Shown: positions 1 through 13,581 of the stretch, in pieces
Layout: each line of letters starts with the position of its first letter
Position numbering within the stretch: the first letter of the stretch is position 1
Source of the DNA: Eledone cirrhosa
Taxonomy: Eukaryota
Length of the DNA stretch: 64,000 nt
Direction of reading: 5' to 3'
NCBI GenBank assembly: GCA_964016885.1
Contig: OZ024742.1
Coordinates: 194,928,001 to 194,992,000 of the forward strand
Made by a program: the position numbers and the translations under genes
Notes under the pieces: model-generated
The model's input: the letters and a program-made list of their open reading frames with translations, nothing else
Told to the model about the DNA's origin: nothing
Database searches by the model: none

Positions 1-36
<36 letters not shown>

Positions 37-59
37 TATATACATACAGGCACACATAT

Positions 60-527
60 ATATATGTACGTATCAGTTTAGCGAACATTTATTATAATGT
101 TCGCTTTGTTCGTTTGTAAACAAACGGACAGCCTGATTTATGCCGTACGGTGTTAAGGCAACCACGTCACCTTTTTGTTCAACACTGACACAGGAACGAT
201 GTACTAGTTTCAAGCTTGTTAGCTATCGTCAGCACCGTATACCCTTCTGCCAGATGGTTGAACGTTCGAAAGTATATACTTTCCTTATGAAAATTAACGG
301 CTGAGCAGCCTAATTTGCATGTCGAGTGAGTTCAGTCGACCAGGCGCACCGAAAACGATAAAATGGAATAGAATGAAATGAAATTTCATTTCTCACTCTT
401 AGTACGGCACTTACTTAAATGTAAGTATGTATGTATACGTACATACATATATGTATACACACGTACAGTAGCATTTAAGTAAGTGCCGTACTAAGAGTGA
501 GAAATGAAATTTCATTTCATTCTATTC

Positions 528-535
<8 letters not shown>
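60..535. repeat. Non-coding interspersed repeat with terminal fold-back, related to 30780-31318
   Basis: Inverted repeat ~357-421 vs ~472-535; blocks atttattataatg...ttttgttcaacactgac...ctagt and aatgaaatttcattt...cttagtacggc are shared with 30780-31318; flanked by TA tracts. Confidence 0.6.
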
Positions 536-585
<50 letters not shown>

Positions 586-617
586 ATATATATATATTTA
601 TTAAAATAACAGAATAA

Positions 618-668
618 AGTTTAAGCAAAGAATCGCTGCTTTCACCCTTAATGGGATCTTCTGAAACT
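618..668 (-). ncRNA. Type I hammerhead-like motif, CAGAAGA core (family A)
   Basis: agttt-CAGAAGA-tccc(attaa)gggt-GAAAGCA(gcgattctt)TGCTT-aaact: stems I, II and III form; CUU triplet; U4A core change. Confidence 0.65.
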
Positions 669-1786
669 AACAAAGTCAATCTGTAAACGCAGAAGTGGAT
701 ATTTCAAAAAACGTTGCAACCGGAGGAAGACAGGAAGACGATACTTTGGTTCGTGGAAAAGTTCGCTGGCAAAGAACGGGGAAAAACGAATATAATACGT
801 CATTAATAGGAGCGGTGAAAAACAATTACGCGCAAAGGCAGAACCACGTTTATGGTATAAAAGAGGTCGTAGACTAATGTTCTCTTAGGTGGTTCATAGA
901 GACGTTCTCTGGCAATGAACGAAAAAAACGAAGATAGTACGTCATATGTGGAGCGTGGAGAACAATTGCACGCAAAGACAAAACCATGTAAATGGTATAG
1001 CAGAAGTCGTAGACTAAAATTCTAACTAGGAGACCGAATGAATCTCGGCTTCAGAGTTAGGAACAAAGTAAATAAATACAATACAGAGGTAATAGAAATT
1101 AATAAATACATACACGCATATAAATACGTACATACACAAGCATACGCGAAAACACTTACCATAGGTATACAAAACCACGCACATATAAATATATGTGTGT
1201 GTGTGTATGCGTGTATACAAATAAATAAATAATTAAATAAACGTATATAAATAAATAAATACGTATATAACAAGCGCACACACATACCTACATGTAAATA
1301 CACAAATGTTCGGAGACGTAAGTCAACCAAAACATGAAGTACACATATACACACACCCTACATACGTACGAACCAGCATACTCACACAGACGCAAAACTC
1401 CCGTATACACATAACCAAACCATATGTACCAGAATATATAAAATTATACGCCATAACATATATCAATCAAATATACGTACGAGAAGGTATACGTACCTTC
1501 ACAAAACATACAGGTAATATATACTTACCTATGCAAATAAGTAATGGTATAAACAAAACATATACTTAGCTACCACATCAAGACGAAAAATATCCACGTA
1601 TAGATCGTACTATCCGTTAGGGTATAACGTGGGGCTGTAATACAGCAAAGTGTTGTGCAATTTATGTTTACAAGCCGAAATTGCCTCAGATGTGGTCTGT
1701 GGCGTAAATATTTCCAGGGCCTCACCGGCGCAGAGGTCACATGGTCTTTTATTTCCGTTTTACGATCTAGCCCTAGCTAGGATCTC

Positions 1787-2524
1787 TCAGTGTAACTTAT
1801 ATTGGGTGTGGTTGTCTTTTAGACTCCAGATATAAGCTGAAAGTGACGTCATATTCCTTCTTAGAGGGTAACGAAAAGAATGGGTATGCATGTAAAGACG
1901 CTGCTTGAATCTATTGGCGGTTAACCCTATGTAGGCCCTACGGGACGTGGGTGTTTCAACCTTACATTTGTAGACAATGTTACTAGAGAGGCATTTCCCG
2001 GATAGGGGGCAATCAACTCGATTCCTACAATTACAGTTAGTACTAACTACAGGGTTGCACGTGTTCCTACGGCTAGGTAGTTTAGCAAAATTTGAAGCCG
2101 TGATGTTATGTGCAAGATTAGGAGTCGTAGAGTAAGAAATTTTAATAGTATTTCTATTAAAAATGTTACTATATTTATGTGTAGGTGAAAAATGCTTCGT
2201 AATAAGGGAAAGAAAGATCTTAGCTAATGGTGTGGCCACCTCCATATTATATGGTGGGTTATACCAACAAATGCGACGGGATCTATTACTTGTAGGTCTA
2301 TTTTCGTACTCTGTATATGCTACCTTATCGACAAATCCACTCCGAACAAGAGCTTCATTGTAATAAGTGGAATGGTCGTTGAAAATATGCTCGTTAGTAG
2401 ATAGACGGGAAAGCCTCAACCGAACGTTTCTTACCAGGTTCTTGGTTATACTGGCAGGATGGTTGGAATGCTTACTTATGTAATTAAGCGTATCATTCGT
2501 CTTTCTATACGGGTAAGAGAACAT
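1787..2524 (-). pseudogene. PLE RT thumb + GIY-YIG endonuclease fragment
   Basis: 245 aa ORF with IVY..YIG..R...H GIY-YIG motif; premature stop relative to the copy at 21244-21522. Confidence 0.85.
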
Positions 2525-2874
2525 TAGTCTACGACCTCTGTTATACCATAAACGTGGTTCTGTCTTTGCGCGTAATTGTTTTTCACCGCTCCTATTAATG
2601 ACGTATTATATTCGTTTTTTCCCGTTCTTTGCCAGGGAACGTTTCCACGAACCAAAGTATGGTCTATAATTATTTGAATCTCTAACAGTTATGTAAATTG
2701 CTGTTATGTATTTTTAAGCTTTCTTACACGCACTCTCTGTATTATATGTATTATATGTAAGTTATTTCATGTCTCAATCTTAAGGTATATAAATATTGAC
2801 TTTTATAATATCCTACTCATTACCATGACTGGATCTTAACCATCTACTATGTCAGGGTATGTCATGCATCATCT

Positions 2875-2941
2875 TATTTTATCTGACGAGGACGTACTGT
2901 TGAAGTTAGCTTAGTACCTCTGAAATATGTATAATAAAATA
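2875..2941 (+). ncRNA. Minimal type I hammerhead ribozyme
   Basis: tattttat-CTGACGA-ggacgtact...agtacctct-GAAAT(atgt)ATA-ataaaata; 8-bp stem I. Confidence 0.75.
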
Positions 2942-3113
2942 TACTTGATCACAAGAAGTTCTATTTTTGTTAATATTTTAAATTAATATATATATATATA
3001 TATATATATATAACCGAGGTGTCCTACACGAGTGAAAGTATAAGGAAAATAGATGAAATCGGAAATGCAACTGTAGTCATTTTTTTTTAAAATATATATA
3101 TATTTATTTGGTT

Positions 3114-3144
3114 CCTTTACCGGTTTCGCCTGCTTTTCAAAAGT
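3114..3144 (-). ncRNA. Hammerhead motif, UUGAAAA core, stem II partly deleted
   Basis: ctt-TTGAAAA-gcaggc-GAAAC(cg)GTA-aag; inverted partner of 6111-6146. Confidence 0.5.
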
Positions 3145-3682
3145 AGAGTTGAGATGGAGGGTCTGCGGTTTTTCTCACATCTGGTTGGTCTTTGAATGTT
3201 ACTTGTTTTATATGGAAAAAGGTGGCTCGAAATGCCAGGTTTTTAGAGACGTAAGAATAATAAATTTCGCGCCAGTTCGCGTTACAAAGTTCTTCAAACA
3301 AAGGGGTGGGGGCTCAGGTTGTTTTTTCATATATGAGTGAAGTTTGGTTGGTTGATGCAGTCACGTGAATAAGCACATCAACTTTCGCGCCAGTTTGTTT
3401 GAATATCTTTTTACTTAAAAAAGTGGCTCAAAGAGGGTTTTTTTTATAAATGTAATTATGACTGTCACGTGAACATGGTCATTAAGTTTCGCATCCGTAT
3501 GTGGGAATTTATTTTGTAGCCATTTAGAGAATTTTGTGCCAAACAAGAGGTTATGGTCAAGAGAAATGGTATGGGGAGAATTGTTCTGGTTCAGTGGATA
3601 TGGTTGGTTCGCTGGGGTGTCAGAAATCAGACTTTCTATTGAAATAAAGAAAGTAGAGATATGTATGTTTATTTGTGTGCAT

Positions 3683-3714
<32 letters not shown>

Positions 3715-4190
3715 AGGAAGACGATTCTATTAGTAGAAATGGGGGAGGGAGTTGTGTGTGTATGGGTGTTATATGTGTGTCTGTGTATGTGTGTGTGGGA
3801 GTATGGTTAACATGTTAAGATGAAGAGAATATACATATTTTGTGTGTGCGCGTGTGTACGAAACTGATTCTATTAGTAGAAATTAGGGATGGAGTTGTGA
3901 GGGGTATTATGTGTGTGTATAGGTGTTATGTGTGTGTGTGTATGGGTGTGTGGGGGAGTATGGTTAGCATGTTAAGATGGAGAGAACATATATATTTTGT
4001 GTGTGTGTGTGTAGGAAAATGATTCCGTTAGTAGAAATGGGAGTTGGTTTTATGTGTGTGGGGTGTGTGGTTAGCATGTTAAAGTGTTATAGTTCTGGTT
4101 TTTATTTTCTAAAGTAGAAGGTGTTATATGTGTGTGTAAGTATGTGTCTGTTTGGATGGTTAGCATGTTATGGTGTTGTCATAATGTATA

Positions 4191-4670
4191 TTAAAGTATA
4201 TTTAATGCTGGTCTATATTTTGGGATAAACATATTTTCCTTATTTATTCGTATTTGTTCTGTTGTATTGTCAGCGCAAAGGTAAAATGGGAAGACTTGCA
4301 ATTTGGGTGTCTTATTACTTGCGCATATGTTTAGATAAGCACTTAGTGGTATCTGTCTCGTGGTTGGATCTCGTAATTGTTGGCGATGAACTGTCATTCT
4401 GTTTCTGAGTGTGAGTTTAGTTTGTCCTATATAATCTTCATTGCATCCTTTACATTTAATGGAATAAATTTGAATTTTTGATGAGCAAGTGAAGTGATTT
4501 TTTACAGCAAAATTTTGTCCTGATTGAAATGTATACGTGTTGCCTTCAATGAGGTGAGTGCAGGTTCCACAATTAGAGCGACCACATTTTTTGACAATGG
4601 TTGTGGTAGGTAATTTGGCATTGGTGAGTAATGTGTTTAGTGATTTCGGTTGTCTTTGCTTTTGATTATT
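4191..4670 (-). pseudogene. GIY-YIG endonuclease domain with Cys-rich linker, open frame, no RT
   Basis: IY..YIG..R...H motif and C-terminal KENMFIPKYRPALN within ORF 4191-4799. Confidence 0.85.
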
Positions 4671-5438
4671 TTGTGTGTTTCGAAGTCTTCCTATTTTACA
4701 TTTGCGCTGACAGAACAAATAAGAATAAATAAGGAAAATATGTTTATACAAAAATATAGTCCACCATTTAATATAGTTTAATATACATTTAATATACATT
4801 TAATATACATTATTTTGTGTGTTTCGAAGTCTTCCCATTTTACATTTGCGCTGACAGAACAAATACGAATAAATAAGGAAAATATGTTTATACAAAAATA
4901 TAGTCCACCATTTAATATAGTTTAATATACATTATATCAAAACCATAACATACTAACCATCCAAACAGACACATACATACACACACACATAACACCTACT
5001 TTAGAAAATAAAAACCAGAACTAAATAAACCTTAACATACGTTAATACTCTAACACCTTAACATGCTAACCCCACCCATCACACACACACACATAACTCC
5101 CTCCCCCATTTCTACTAATGGAATCATTTTCCTACACACACACACACACAAAATATATATATTCTGTCCATCTTAACATGTTAACCATACTCCCACACAC
5201 ACATACACACACACACACATAACGCCCATACACACACACATAACACCCAAACACACACACAACTCCTTCCCCCATTTCTACTAATAGAATCACTTTCCTA
5301 CACACGCACACACACAAAATATATATAATCTCTCCATCTTAACAGGCTAACCATACTCCCACACATACACACACACATATAACACCCATACACACACACA
5401 CAACTCCCTCCCCTATTTCTACTAATAGAATCATCTTC

Positions 5439-5519
<81 letters not shown>

Positions 5520-6110
5520 CAAGCACACAAATACACAAATAAACATACATATCTCTACTTTCTTTATTTCAATAGAAAGTCTGATTTCTGACACCCCAAC
5601 GAACCAACCATATCCACTGAACCAGAACAATTCTCCCCATACCATTTCTCTTGACCATAAGCTCTTGTTTGGCACAAAATTCTTTAAAAGGCTACAAAAT
5701 AAATTCCCAAATACGGGCGCGAAACTTAATGACCATGTTCACGTGACAGTCATAATTATATTTATAACCAATCAAATTACATTTATAAAAAAAAAACCCT
5801 CTTTGAGCCACTTTTTTAAGTAAAAAGATATTCAAACAAACTGGCGCGAAAGTTGATGTGCTTATTCACGTGACTGCATCAACCAACCAAACTTCACTCA
5901 TATATGAAAAAACAACCTGAGCCCCCACCCCTTTGTTTGAAGAACTTGGTAACGCGAACTGGCGCGAAATTTATTATACTTATTGACCAACCAATCAAAT
6001 TACTTCTCTAAAAACCTGGCGTTTCGAGCCACTTTTTTCCACATAAAACAAGTAATATTCAAAGACCAACCAGATGTGAGAAAAACCACAGACCCTCCAT
6101 CTCAACTCTA

Positions 6111-6146
6111 CTTTTGAAAAGCAGAAGAAATGCGAAACCGGTAAAG
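6111..6146 (+). ncRNA. Minimal hammerhead, U3-A8 compensated core
   Basis: ctt-TTGAAAA-gca(gaagaaa)tgc-GAAAC(cg)GTA-aag; palindromic stem III accggt. Confidence 0.7.
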
Positions 6147-6249
6147 GAACCAAATAAATATATATATTTTTTTTTAAATAAGACTCCAGTTGCATTTTCG
6201 ATTTCATCTATTTTCCTTATATATATATATATGATGATGATGATAATGA

Positions 6250-6530
6250 TGGTGAGTCGGTTATTGGTTTAGGAGTTAGGCTCCCGACAAAGTGTCTCAT
6301 TGTATCCTTGAGCAAGATAATATATTTTACGGTGCTACAGCTCTTTCAGTCGGAAGAAAAGGGGTTGTATCTATATTCCAAAGGGCGTGCCTTATCTTGT
6401 CACTCGCTGAGTCACGTGTTGTATCAAGTGTTGTGTCACGCTGAAACTCTCTGAGACTAAGTTAACGATACACATGTCTGTTGAACACTCAACCTCTTTC
6501 AAGTAGACTGTTCCATTTTGCGATCAACTG
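6250..6530 (+). mobile_element. Degenerate SINE (family S1)
   Basis: ggttattggtttaggagtt...tgtatccttgagcaagata..tttt matches the S1 core at 30230-30270. Confidence 0.5.
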
Positions 6531-6718
6531 AGAGACAGAGAAATAAAGGGGTGAGGAAAAGATTAATATCATTGATATATATATATATATATATATATAC
6601 AATAAAGAGAGACAAACACAGATATATACATAACATACATATAAGCGTTCAAATCACAAGAGAGGTAAACCTTGTGATTTGAACGCGTATATGTATATAT
6701 ATGTGTTTGTCTTTCTGC

Positions 6719-6821
<103 letters not shown>

Positions 6822-6866
6822 CATATATGTATATGTGTATGTATATATATAATATATATATATATA

Positions 6867-6947
<81 letters not shown>

Positions 6948-7445
6948 CCATTCTGTTGAGAGCTTTAATTCGATTTGTGATATTTTGCATTCTTGCAATA
7001 ATACACAACTGAATCATTCGCTTAATAGAGGTGTTACCTCCCTTGCTGAATCCCACGAGGGGTCAGTAATAGCTACACTATCTATAGCATATTGGAGCAA
7101 AACCCGTTGAAAACACGACTGCCTTGTTCATCATCTCACCAGAAGCCCAACATTCTTTATGTAGGCGGACAGTACCTGATTTGGAGTCGCAGAAACCAAT
7201 ACTGGATTTTACCATCAGTCCAGGGTCCGGGAAAGTATCAACACATATATTTTTATTGTTTGACCCGAATTACTTGGTCGTTTTGATTTTGGCTGTGCGG
7301 ATGATATGTTTAACCATCATCTCAGTGTGTTTGGCCCTTAACGTATGTTGTAGCTCTGATTCATATGATTCATCGAGCGCTTGCCACACATATCGGACGT
7401 TGATTTTCGTTAATTCCTGAGCTGAAAACAATTCTCGCTAATTTA

Positions 7446-7481
<36 letters not shown>

Positions 7482-7504
7482 TTGTTGCTCTGAAATAGCC
7501 ATAT

Positions 7505-7920
7505 ATATATGAATGTATATATAGTGTATTTTGCAATACACTTTATGCTTAATTAAAAGCATTTTGAAGACCGTATGCTATTATTTTAGAGTAGTGACAG
7601 ACTCACTTACTTTAATTTCACCAAACAGGGGGAGATAAAGCTGACAAGGCCTTGTTTCTGCATTTATTGAAGCTTATCAAAGCCAACTACTCCCTCCCGT
7701 CTGCTGAAATTACGGATGTTATGTTCTTATAGAATTCTAGTAAATAATCAGGAACTGATTATACATGCAGAAACAAGGCCTTGTCAGCTTTATCTCCCCC
7801 TGTTTGCTGAAATTAAAGTAAGTGAGTCTGTCACTACTCTAAAACAATAGCATACGGTCTTCAAAATGCTTTTAATAAAGCATAAAGTGTATTGCAAAAT
7901 ACACTATATATGCATTTATA
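7505..7920. mobile_element. Non-coding fold-back element in TA tract
   Basis: ~7505-7663 is the inverted copy of ~7765-7920. Confidence 0.8.
7639..7684 (-). ncRNA. Hammerhead-like motif, UUGAUAA core
   Basis: ggct-TTGATAA-gc...gca-GAAAC(aaggcctt)GTC-agct; palindromic stem III acaaggccttgt; stem II weak. Confidence 0.5.
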
Positions 7921-7937
7921 TATATATATATATATAT

Positions 7938-8110
7938 ATAACGAAAGAAATGTGGTAAGGAACCAGATGGACCATAACGCACCAGAGTACTCAATACTTA
8001 GGGTAGTAGAGTGGGTAATAGGAAACAGTATGAGCCCGACGGCAGAGCTCAAGCTGTTTCGACGGCTATTTCTGAGTCCAGAAATAGCCGTCGGTCATAC
8101 TTTTCCTATA
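7938..8110 (-). mobile_element. Short fold-back terminus, family of 19830-20027 / 41920-42420 / 45440-45615
   Basis: Shared aatgtggtaaggaacca...gagctcaagc.gtttcgacggcta block; ends in a hairpin. Confidence 0.7.
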
Positions 8111-8521
8111 TATATATATAAGTGTATTGGACAAGACAAACTGAGTTTGTGCCAGTACGCCAACATTTCCCACTCGCTCGATGATTTCACGGGACTTGCA
8201 TTTCTGAAGTGCCCGTCCATGATTCAGAACTCACACATTTAGTTATTAGTGGTAACTTAGGGACTATGTGCAGTTGTTAAATTATTCAGCCCGGACCAGA
8301 CGTAAATCGTTGGTTTCTTCTCTGCACCCTACGCACTGTGGTGCAATAGATGCACCCAGTACACAGAAGCTACGCATTAAATCATCGTCCAGGGTCAATA
8401 CAGAGGTTCGCCAACGGGAATCGATCCTTAATGTTATATCACAATGGTTTACTAGTGATTTAGTAGCAGTTCATGACTTCTGACGTCATCACGTTTATCC
8501 CTCTATCAACCTAAATATCAA

Positions 8522-8557
<36 letters not shown>

Positions 8558-8588
8558 ATATATATATATACATATGTGTTTGTGTGTG

Positions 8589-8623
<35 letters not shown>

Positions 8624-8625
8624 CT

Positions 8626-8717
<92 letters not shown>

Positions 8718-9187
8718 ATGAATATATATATATTTCCCATCAATTTTTAATCAATGTAATTAGTGTAAGGCTAGGCATTGATCTGATGCAGATTGCATTT
8801 AAATGCTTTCTTTCCCATTTATTTCGATATATATATATCCGTAAGCTTAATTTTATTGAGACACCTCTTTATTTCTTCTTTACATCGTCAACTGCCAATT
8901 TACTGCTAACATATGCAGTTGATTTAATCGGTTGCCTTATCCCCCATTGCCTGGAGGACGTTAGAGTCTGCCTACTTAAAATAGTAATTAGTATATCTTA
9001 ATGTTAGATGTATGCGTTAATCACTTTAAAACGACATAAAACGTTCTTCTTACAATAAACTATATCTCGTCTTGTATTGTTATACTAAAATGTTGCCTAC
9101 CAAATATATAACGAATATCTTTGTGTGAAATCTTCATTATATATATCCTTCTCTTTGGATTTTAGTCTTCAAATTCATTATTATTAC

Positions 9188-9333
<146 letters not shown>

Positions 9334-9907
9334 AAAGAATAGAGGTGTACCACACAAGGTATTATATATTGGTAAACGGAATAGAAAATGCTGACAAATT
9401 GTTCACAGTGAAAAATAGTTTAATTAGGAATAAATGAGAATTAGTAATTGTATTGGTTAGTATTCAGTTTTGGTTTTAAGATTTTTGGTTTTAAGTTTTA
9501 CCGGTTGCGCATTTCTAAATGCTTTTCAAAAATAATTTTGAGATAGAGCGTCCGTGATGTTTGCTCTGATCTAATTAGTTTTGGGAATTCTACCTGTTTT
9601 TATGTTAAAAAAAGTGGCTCCAGCGCTATTAAAATTGGTTTTTGCGCCAATTCGTGTTGCAAAAATTCTTGTGGTCAAAGCAATTTTGATTGATCGGTAG
9701 AGGTCATGTGAATGTAAAAAATTGATTTTGTGCCAAGACTGAGAAATGACTCTTTCACAACAAATATGTGTGTGTGTGTGTGTGTGTGTGTGTAGTAGTA
9801 GTAGTAAAGTGTTCGTTGTTGTGATAATGGTTAGCAGGGATGTGTGTGCGAACCGCAGCCTGTTGACAGTTCAAATGCCTATTAAAACAAGTGTGTGTTG
9901 TGTGTGT

Positions 9908-9987
<80 letters not shown>

Positions 9988-10106
9988 CAGAGTAATTCGT
10001 GGTAGAGGGATAGTCAGTAGGAATGTGTCTGTAAGTGAGTGGGGGATATTTTAACATGTTAAAAGATATTTTTCAGCTCTTGTCTTACACGGAGAAGTGT
10101 GTATGG

Positions 10107-10140
<34 letters not shown>

Positions 10141-10248
10141 AGCAGAGTAATTCGTGGTAGAGGATGGTCAGTAGGAATGTGTCTGTAAGTGAGTGGGGGA
10201 TATTTTAACATATTAAAAGATATTTTTCAGCTCTTGTCTTATACGGAG

Positions 10249-10332
<84 letters not shown>

Positions 10333-10578
10333 GTCTCTTTGTATGTTTATGTACGCGTGTGTATGTGTGTGTGTCTATATGTGTGTGTGTGTGTGTGAAT
10401 GTGTGTGTGTGTGTGTGTGTATGTGTGGGTGAACCCAGTATGTTTTTCCTGGTAAAATGGTGTACATTATTCGATATTTTCAGTAAAATCGATTCTCTCA
10501 ATAGAACCTCAAAAACCTTAACAATAAAAGGTGTGAAATGATATTCACTATATATATACACATACATATATTCACTAT

Positions 10579-10700
<122 letters not shown>

Positions 10701-10810
10701 GTTGCACCATAGAACATGTGTGTTTACGTATGTTCATTGTGTTTATATGTGGGTAGAGATGAGTGCTGATGTAGGTATGTATGTTGACGTGTGTATGACA
10801 ATCTAAATCA

Positions 10811-11275
10811 ATGAAAAACATCCTAACACATGCCAAAGTACTGCCAACCACAATAACGAAACCCATAGTAAAAAAATGCGATAGACCCAACTGTGGCATT
10901 TGCATCAACCTAATAGAGGGTTCAGAATTCTATTTCAAAGAAGGACAACGTTTTATAGTAAAACACAATTTCACATGTGCATCGGAAATTCTAATATATG
11001 TATTAACTTGCTCAGGTTTTCGAGAATAATACATAGGCCAGACCAAAAACAGCCTCCGCCAACGTGTGACTGGCCATAGATCCCAAATTAAAATACGGGA
11101 ATACAGGAAAATACCATTGAGTGAACACATTGATACCTGTGCCGCCCAAAATCATCCCAACTTCAGAATATTTCCCCTCTACAAAATTAAAGATAATGCC
11201 ACCCACACCCAGCGCATCAGCAAGGAATCTTACTTTATTAACAAATACGGACCCCGTCTAAACACTTCTCCCTAA
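10811..11275 (+). pseudogene. GIY-YIG endonuclease domain, frameshifted near 11025
   Basis: ORFs 10811-11029 and 11066-11275 are homologous to ORF 4191-4799. Confidence 0.85.
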
Positions 11276-11384
11276 GACGAACCCACAACATACACACGTC
11301 AACATACATACCTACATCAGCACACATCTCTACCCACATATAAACACAATGACATACGTAAAAACACATGTTCTATGGTGCAAC

Positions 11385-11431
<47 letters not shown>

Positions 11432-11641
11432 ATATATGTATGTATATATATATTGTGAATATCATTTCACACCTTTTATTGTTAAGGTTTTTGATGTTCT
11501 ATTGAGAGAATCGATTTTACTGAAAATATCGAATAATGTACACCATTTTACCACCCACACACACACATTCTCACACACACACACACACACACATATATAC
11601 ACACACACATACACACGCGTACATTAACATACAAAGAGACT

Positions 11642-11674
<33 letters not shown>

Positions 11675-11783
11675 TTCACCGTATAAGACAAGAGCTGAAA
11701 AATGTCTTTTAACATGTTAGAATATCCCCCACTCACTTACAGACACATTCCTACTGACCATCCCTCTACCAGGAATTACTCTG

Positions 11784-11853
<70 letters not shown>

Positions 11854-11961
11854 CTCCGTGTAAGACAAGAGCTGAAAAATATATTTTAACATGTTAAAAT
11901 ATACCCCACTCACATACAGACACATTCCTACTGACCATCCCTCTACCACGAATTACTCTGC

Positions 11962-12027
<66 letters not shown>

Positions 12028-12269
12028 CACACACACATATTTGTTGTGAAAGAGTCATTTCTCAGTCTTGGCGCAAAATCAATTTTTTACATTCACATGA
12101 CCTCTACCGACCAATCAAAATTGTTTTGACCACAAGAATTTTTGCAACACGAATTGGCGCAAAAACGAATTTTAATAGCGCTGGAGCCACTTTTTAACAT
12201 AAAAACAGGTAGAATTCACAAAACTAATTAGATCAGAGCAAACATCACGGACGCTCTATCTCAAAATTA

Positions 12270-12306
12270 TTTTTGAAAAGCATTTAGAAATGCGCATACG
12301 GTAAAA
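12270..12306 (+). ncRNA. Degenerate hammerhead (UUGAAAA core, GAAA changed to GCAT/GCAA); inverted partner 9496-9532
   Basis: ttt-TTGAAAA-gcattt(ag)aaatgc-GCAT-acg-GTA-aaa; same position in the element as 6111-6146. Confidence 0.45.
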
Positions 12307-12484
12307 CTTAAAACAAAAAAACTTAAGACCAAAACTGAATACTAACCAATACAATTACTAATTCTCATTTATTCCTAATTAAACTATTTTTCACTGTGAA
12401 CAATTTGTCAACATTTTCTATTCCGTTTACCAATATATAATAACTTGTGTGTTACACCTCTATTCTTTTAACTATATATATATA

Positions 12485-12660
<176 letters not shown>

Positions 12661-12723
12661 TAAAGAATTTATAAATTTCAGTTTCGTTGGTTGGTTCCAC
12701 AACTGGACGGTTGTTCATATATT

Positions 12724-12766
12724 GTCAAAGTTCTTTCGTCACACATTATGTGACCTCTTCAGTGAC
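12724..12766 (-). ncRNA. Hammerhead, inverted copy of 16990-17032
   Basis: Reverse complement; the only change is in the stem II loop. Confidence 0.8.
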
Positions 12767-13581
12767 TGGGGATTATTTTCTTTGTTTTGTGCCTCTCCTT
12801 TGTTCTGTCCTACATCATCTTGTTTTTGTCTGTGTTGTGTGCTTAGTTTACGCATGTGTTACATCCGGGTGTCTGTGTGTATTTTTATTTGTTTATTTAT
12901 TTACATATTACTGGTTGGTTGTTTGTTCTATGTGTGTGTGTTTTCATTTTGTCCTTAATTGTAAATTGTGATATTGCTATTCCATTCATGTTTTCTATTT
13001 AATTTTGGTTGGAGTTCATTTATGTTTATTGCCTTTGTGATTTGTCTAAACATTGCGTCTTTTCTGTGTGTAGATTTTATTTTTATTTCTATGTTCTCTA
13101 ATTTGCCCTTATGTTCTATTTTAGCATGTTGGTGGAGTATAACAATATCGGTTTCAACACTCGTTTTCAGATAAATAATCATGCAAAACAAATTCAGAAA
13201 CGAAATATCGTAAGCCTTAGCCAGGCTAACAAGATACTGAAAACCACCATGTTCTGATGTCTACGAAAAACAATAACATCTCGACAACTACACTTCATAA
13301 AAGAATGTGCCTCATGCCGAGTTTACACCAACACCATCAACCTCGATGTAAGAAAATTACAACATACCAAAAAACAACCATATAGGCTAAAACGAACACT
13401 AATTCTAAACATGACAAAAGAAGATTTACAGAGAATTAAGTCATCACGAAAAACATAAGCGTAACCTAATACAAGAAATAACTAAGATCACCACACCAAC
13501 AGAAAATTAGTATATATAAACCTTATATGTGATGAAGAAAAGCACATCGTCCAGGAGTGCAACAAGCACTTTAACAAGAAA

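Larger units (their letters stand above)
598..2662 (-). mobile_element. Penelope-like element family A, 5'-truncated, with inverted partial pseudo-LTR
   Basis: ORF 1787-2524 has RT-thumb region (YISKHSNHP, WYNPPY) plus Cys linker and GIY-YIG (CNCRNRVDCPLSGKCL..IVYKC..AYIGLTANRFKQRLYMH); 2524-2662 is the reverse complement of ~737-877. Confidence 0.9.
3014..6220 (-). mobile_element. Penelope-like (Neptune-type Cys linker) fold-back insertion
   Basis: ORF 4191-4799: KCGRSNCGTC..FTCSSKIQIYSIKCKGCNEDYIGQTKLTLRNRMTVHRQ; arms ~3038-4290 and ~4835-6219 are inverted copies; TA tracts on both sides. Confidence 0.9.

Noticed and set aside
280-365. CTTATGA...GAAA possible hammerhead
   Set aside because: Core and stem III mismatches, with no convincing stem I.
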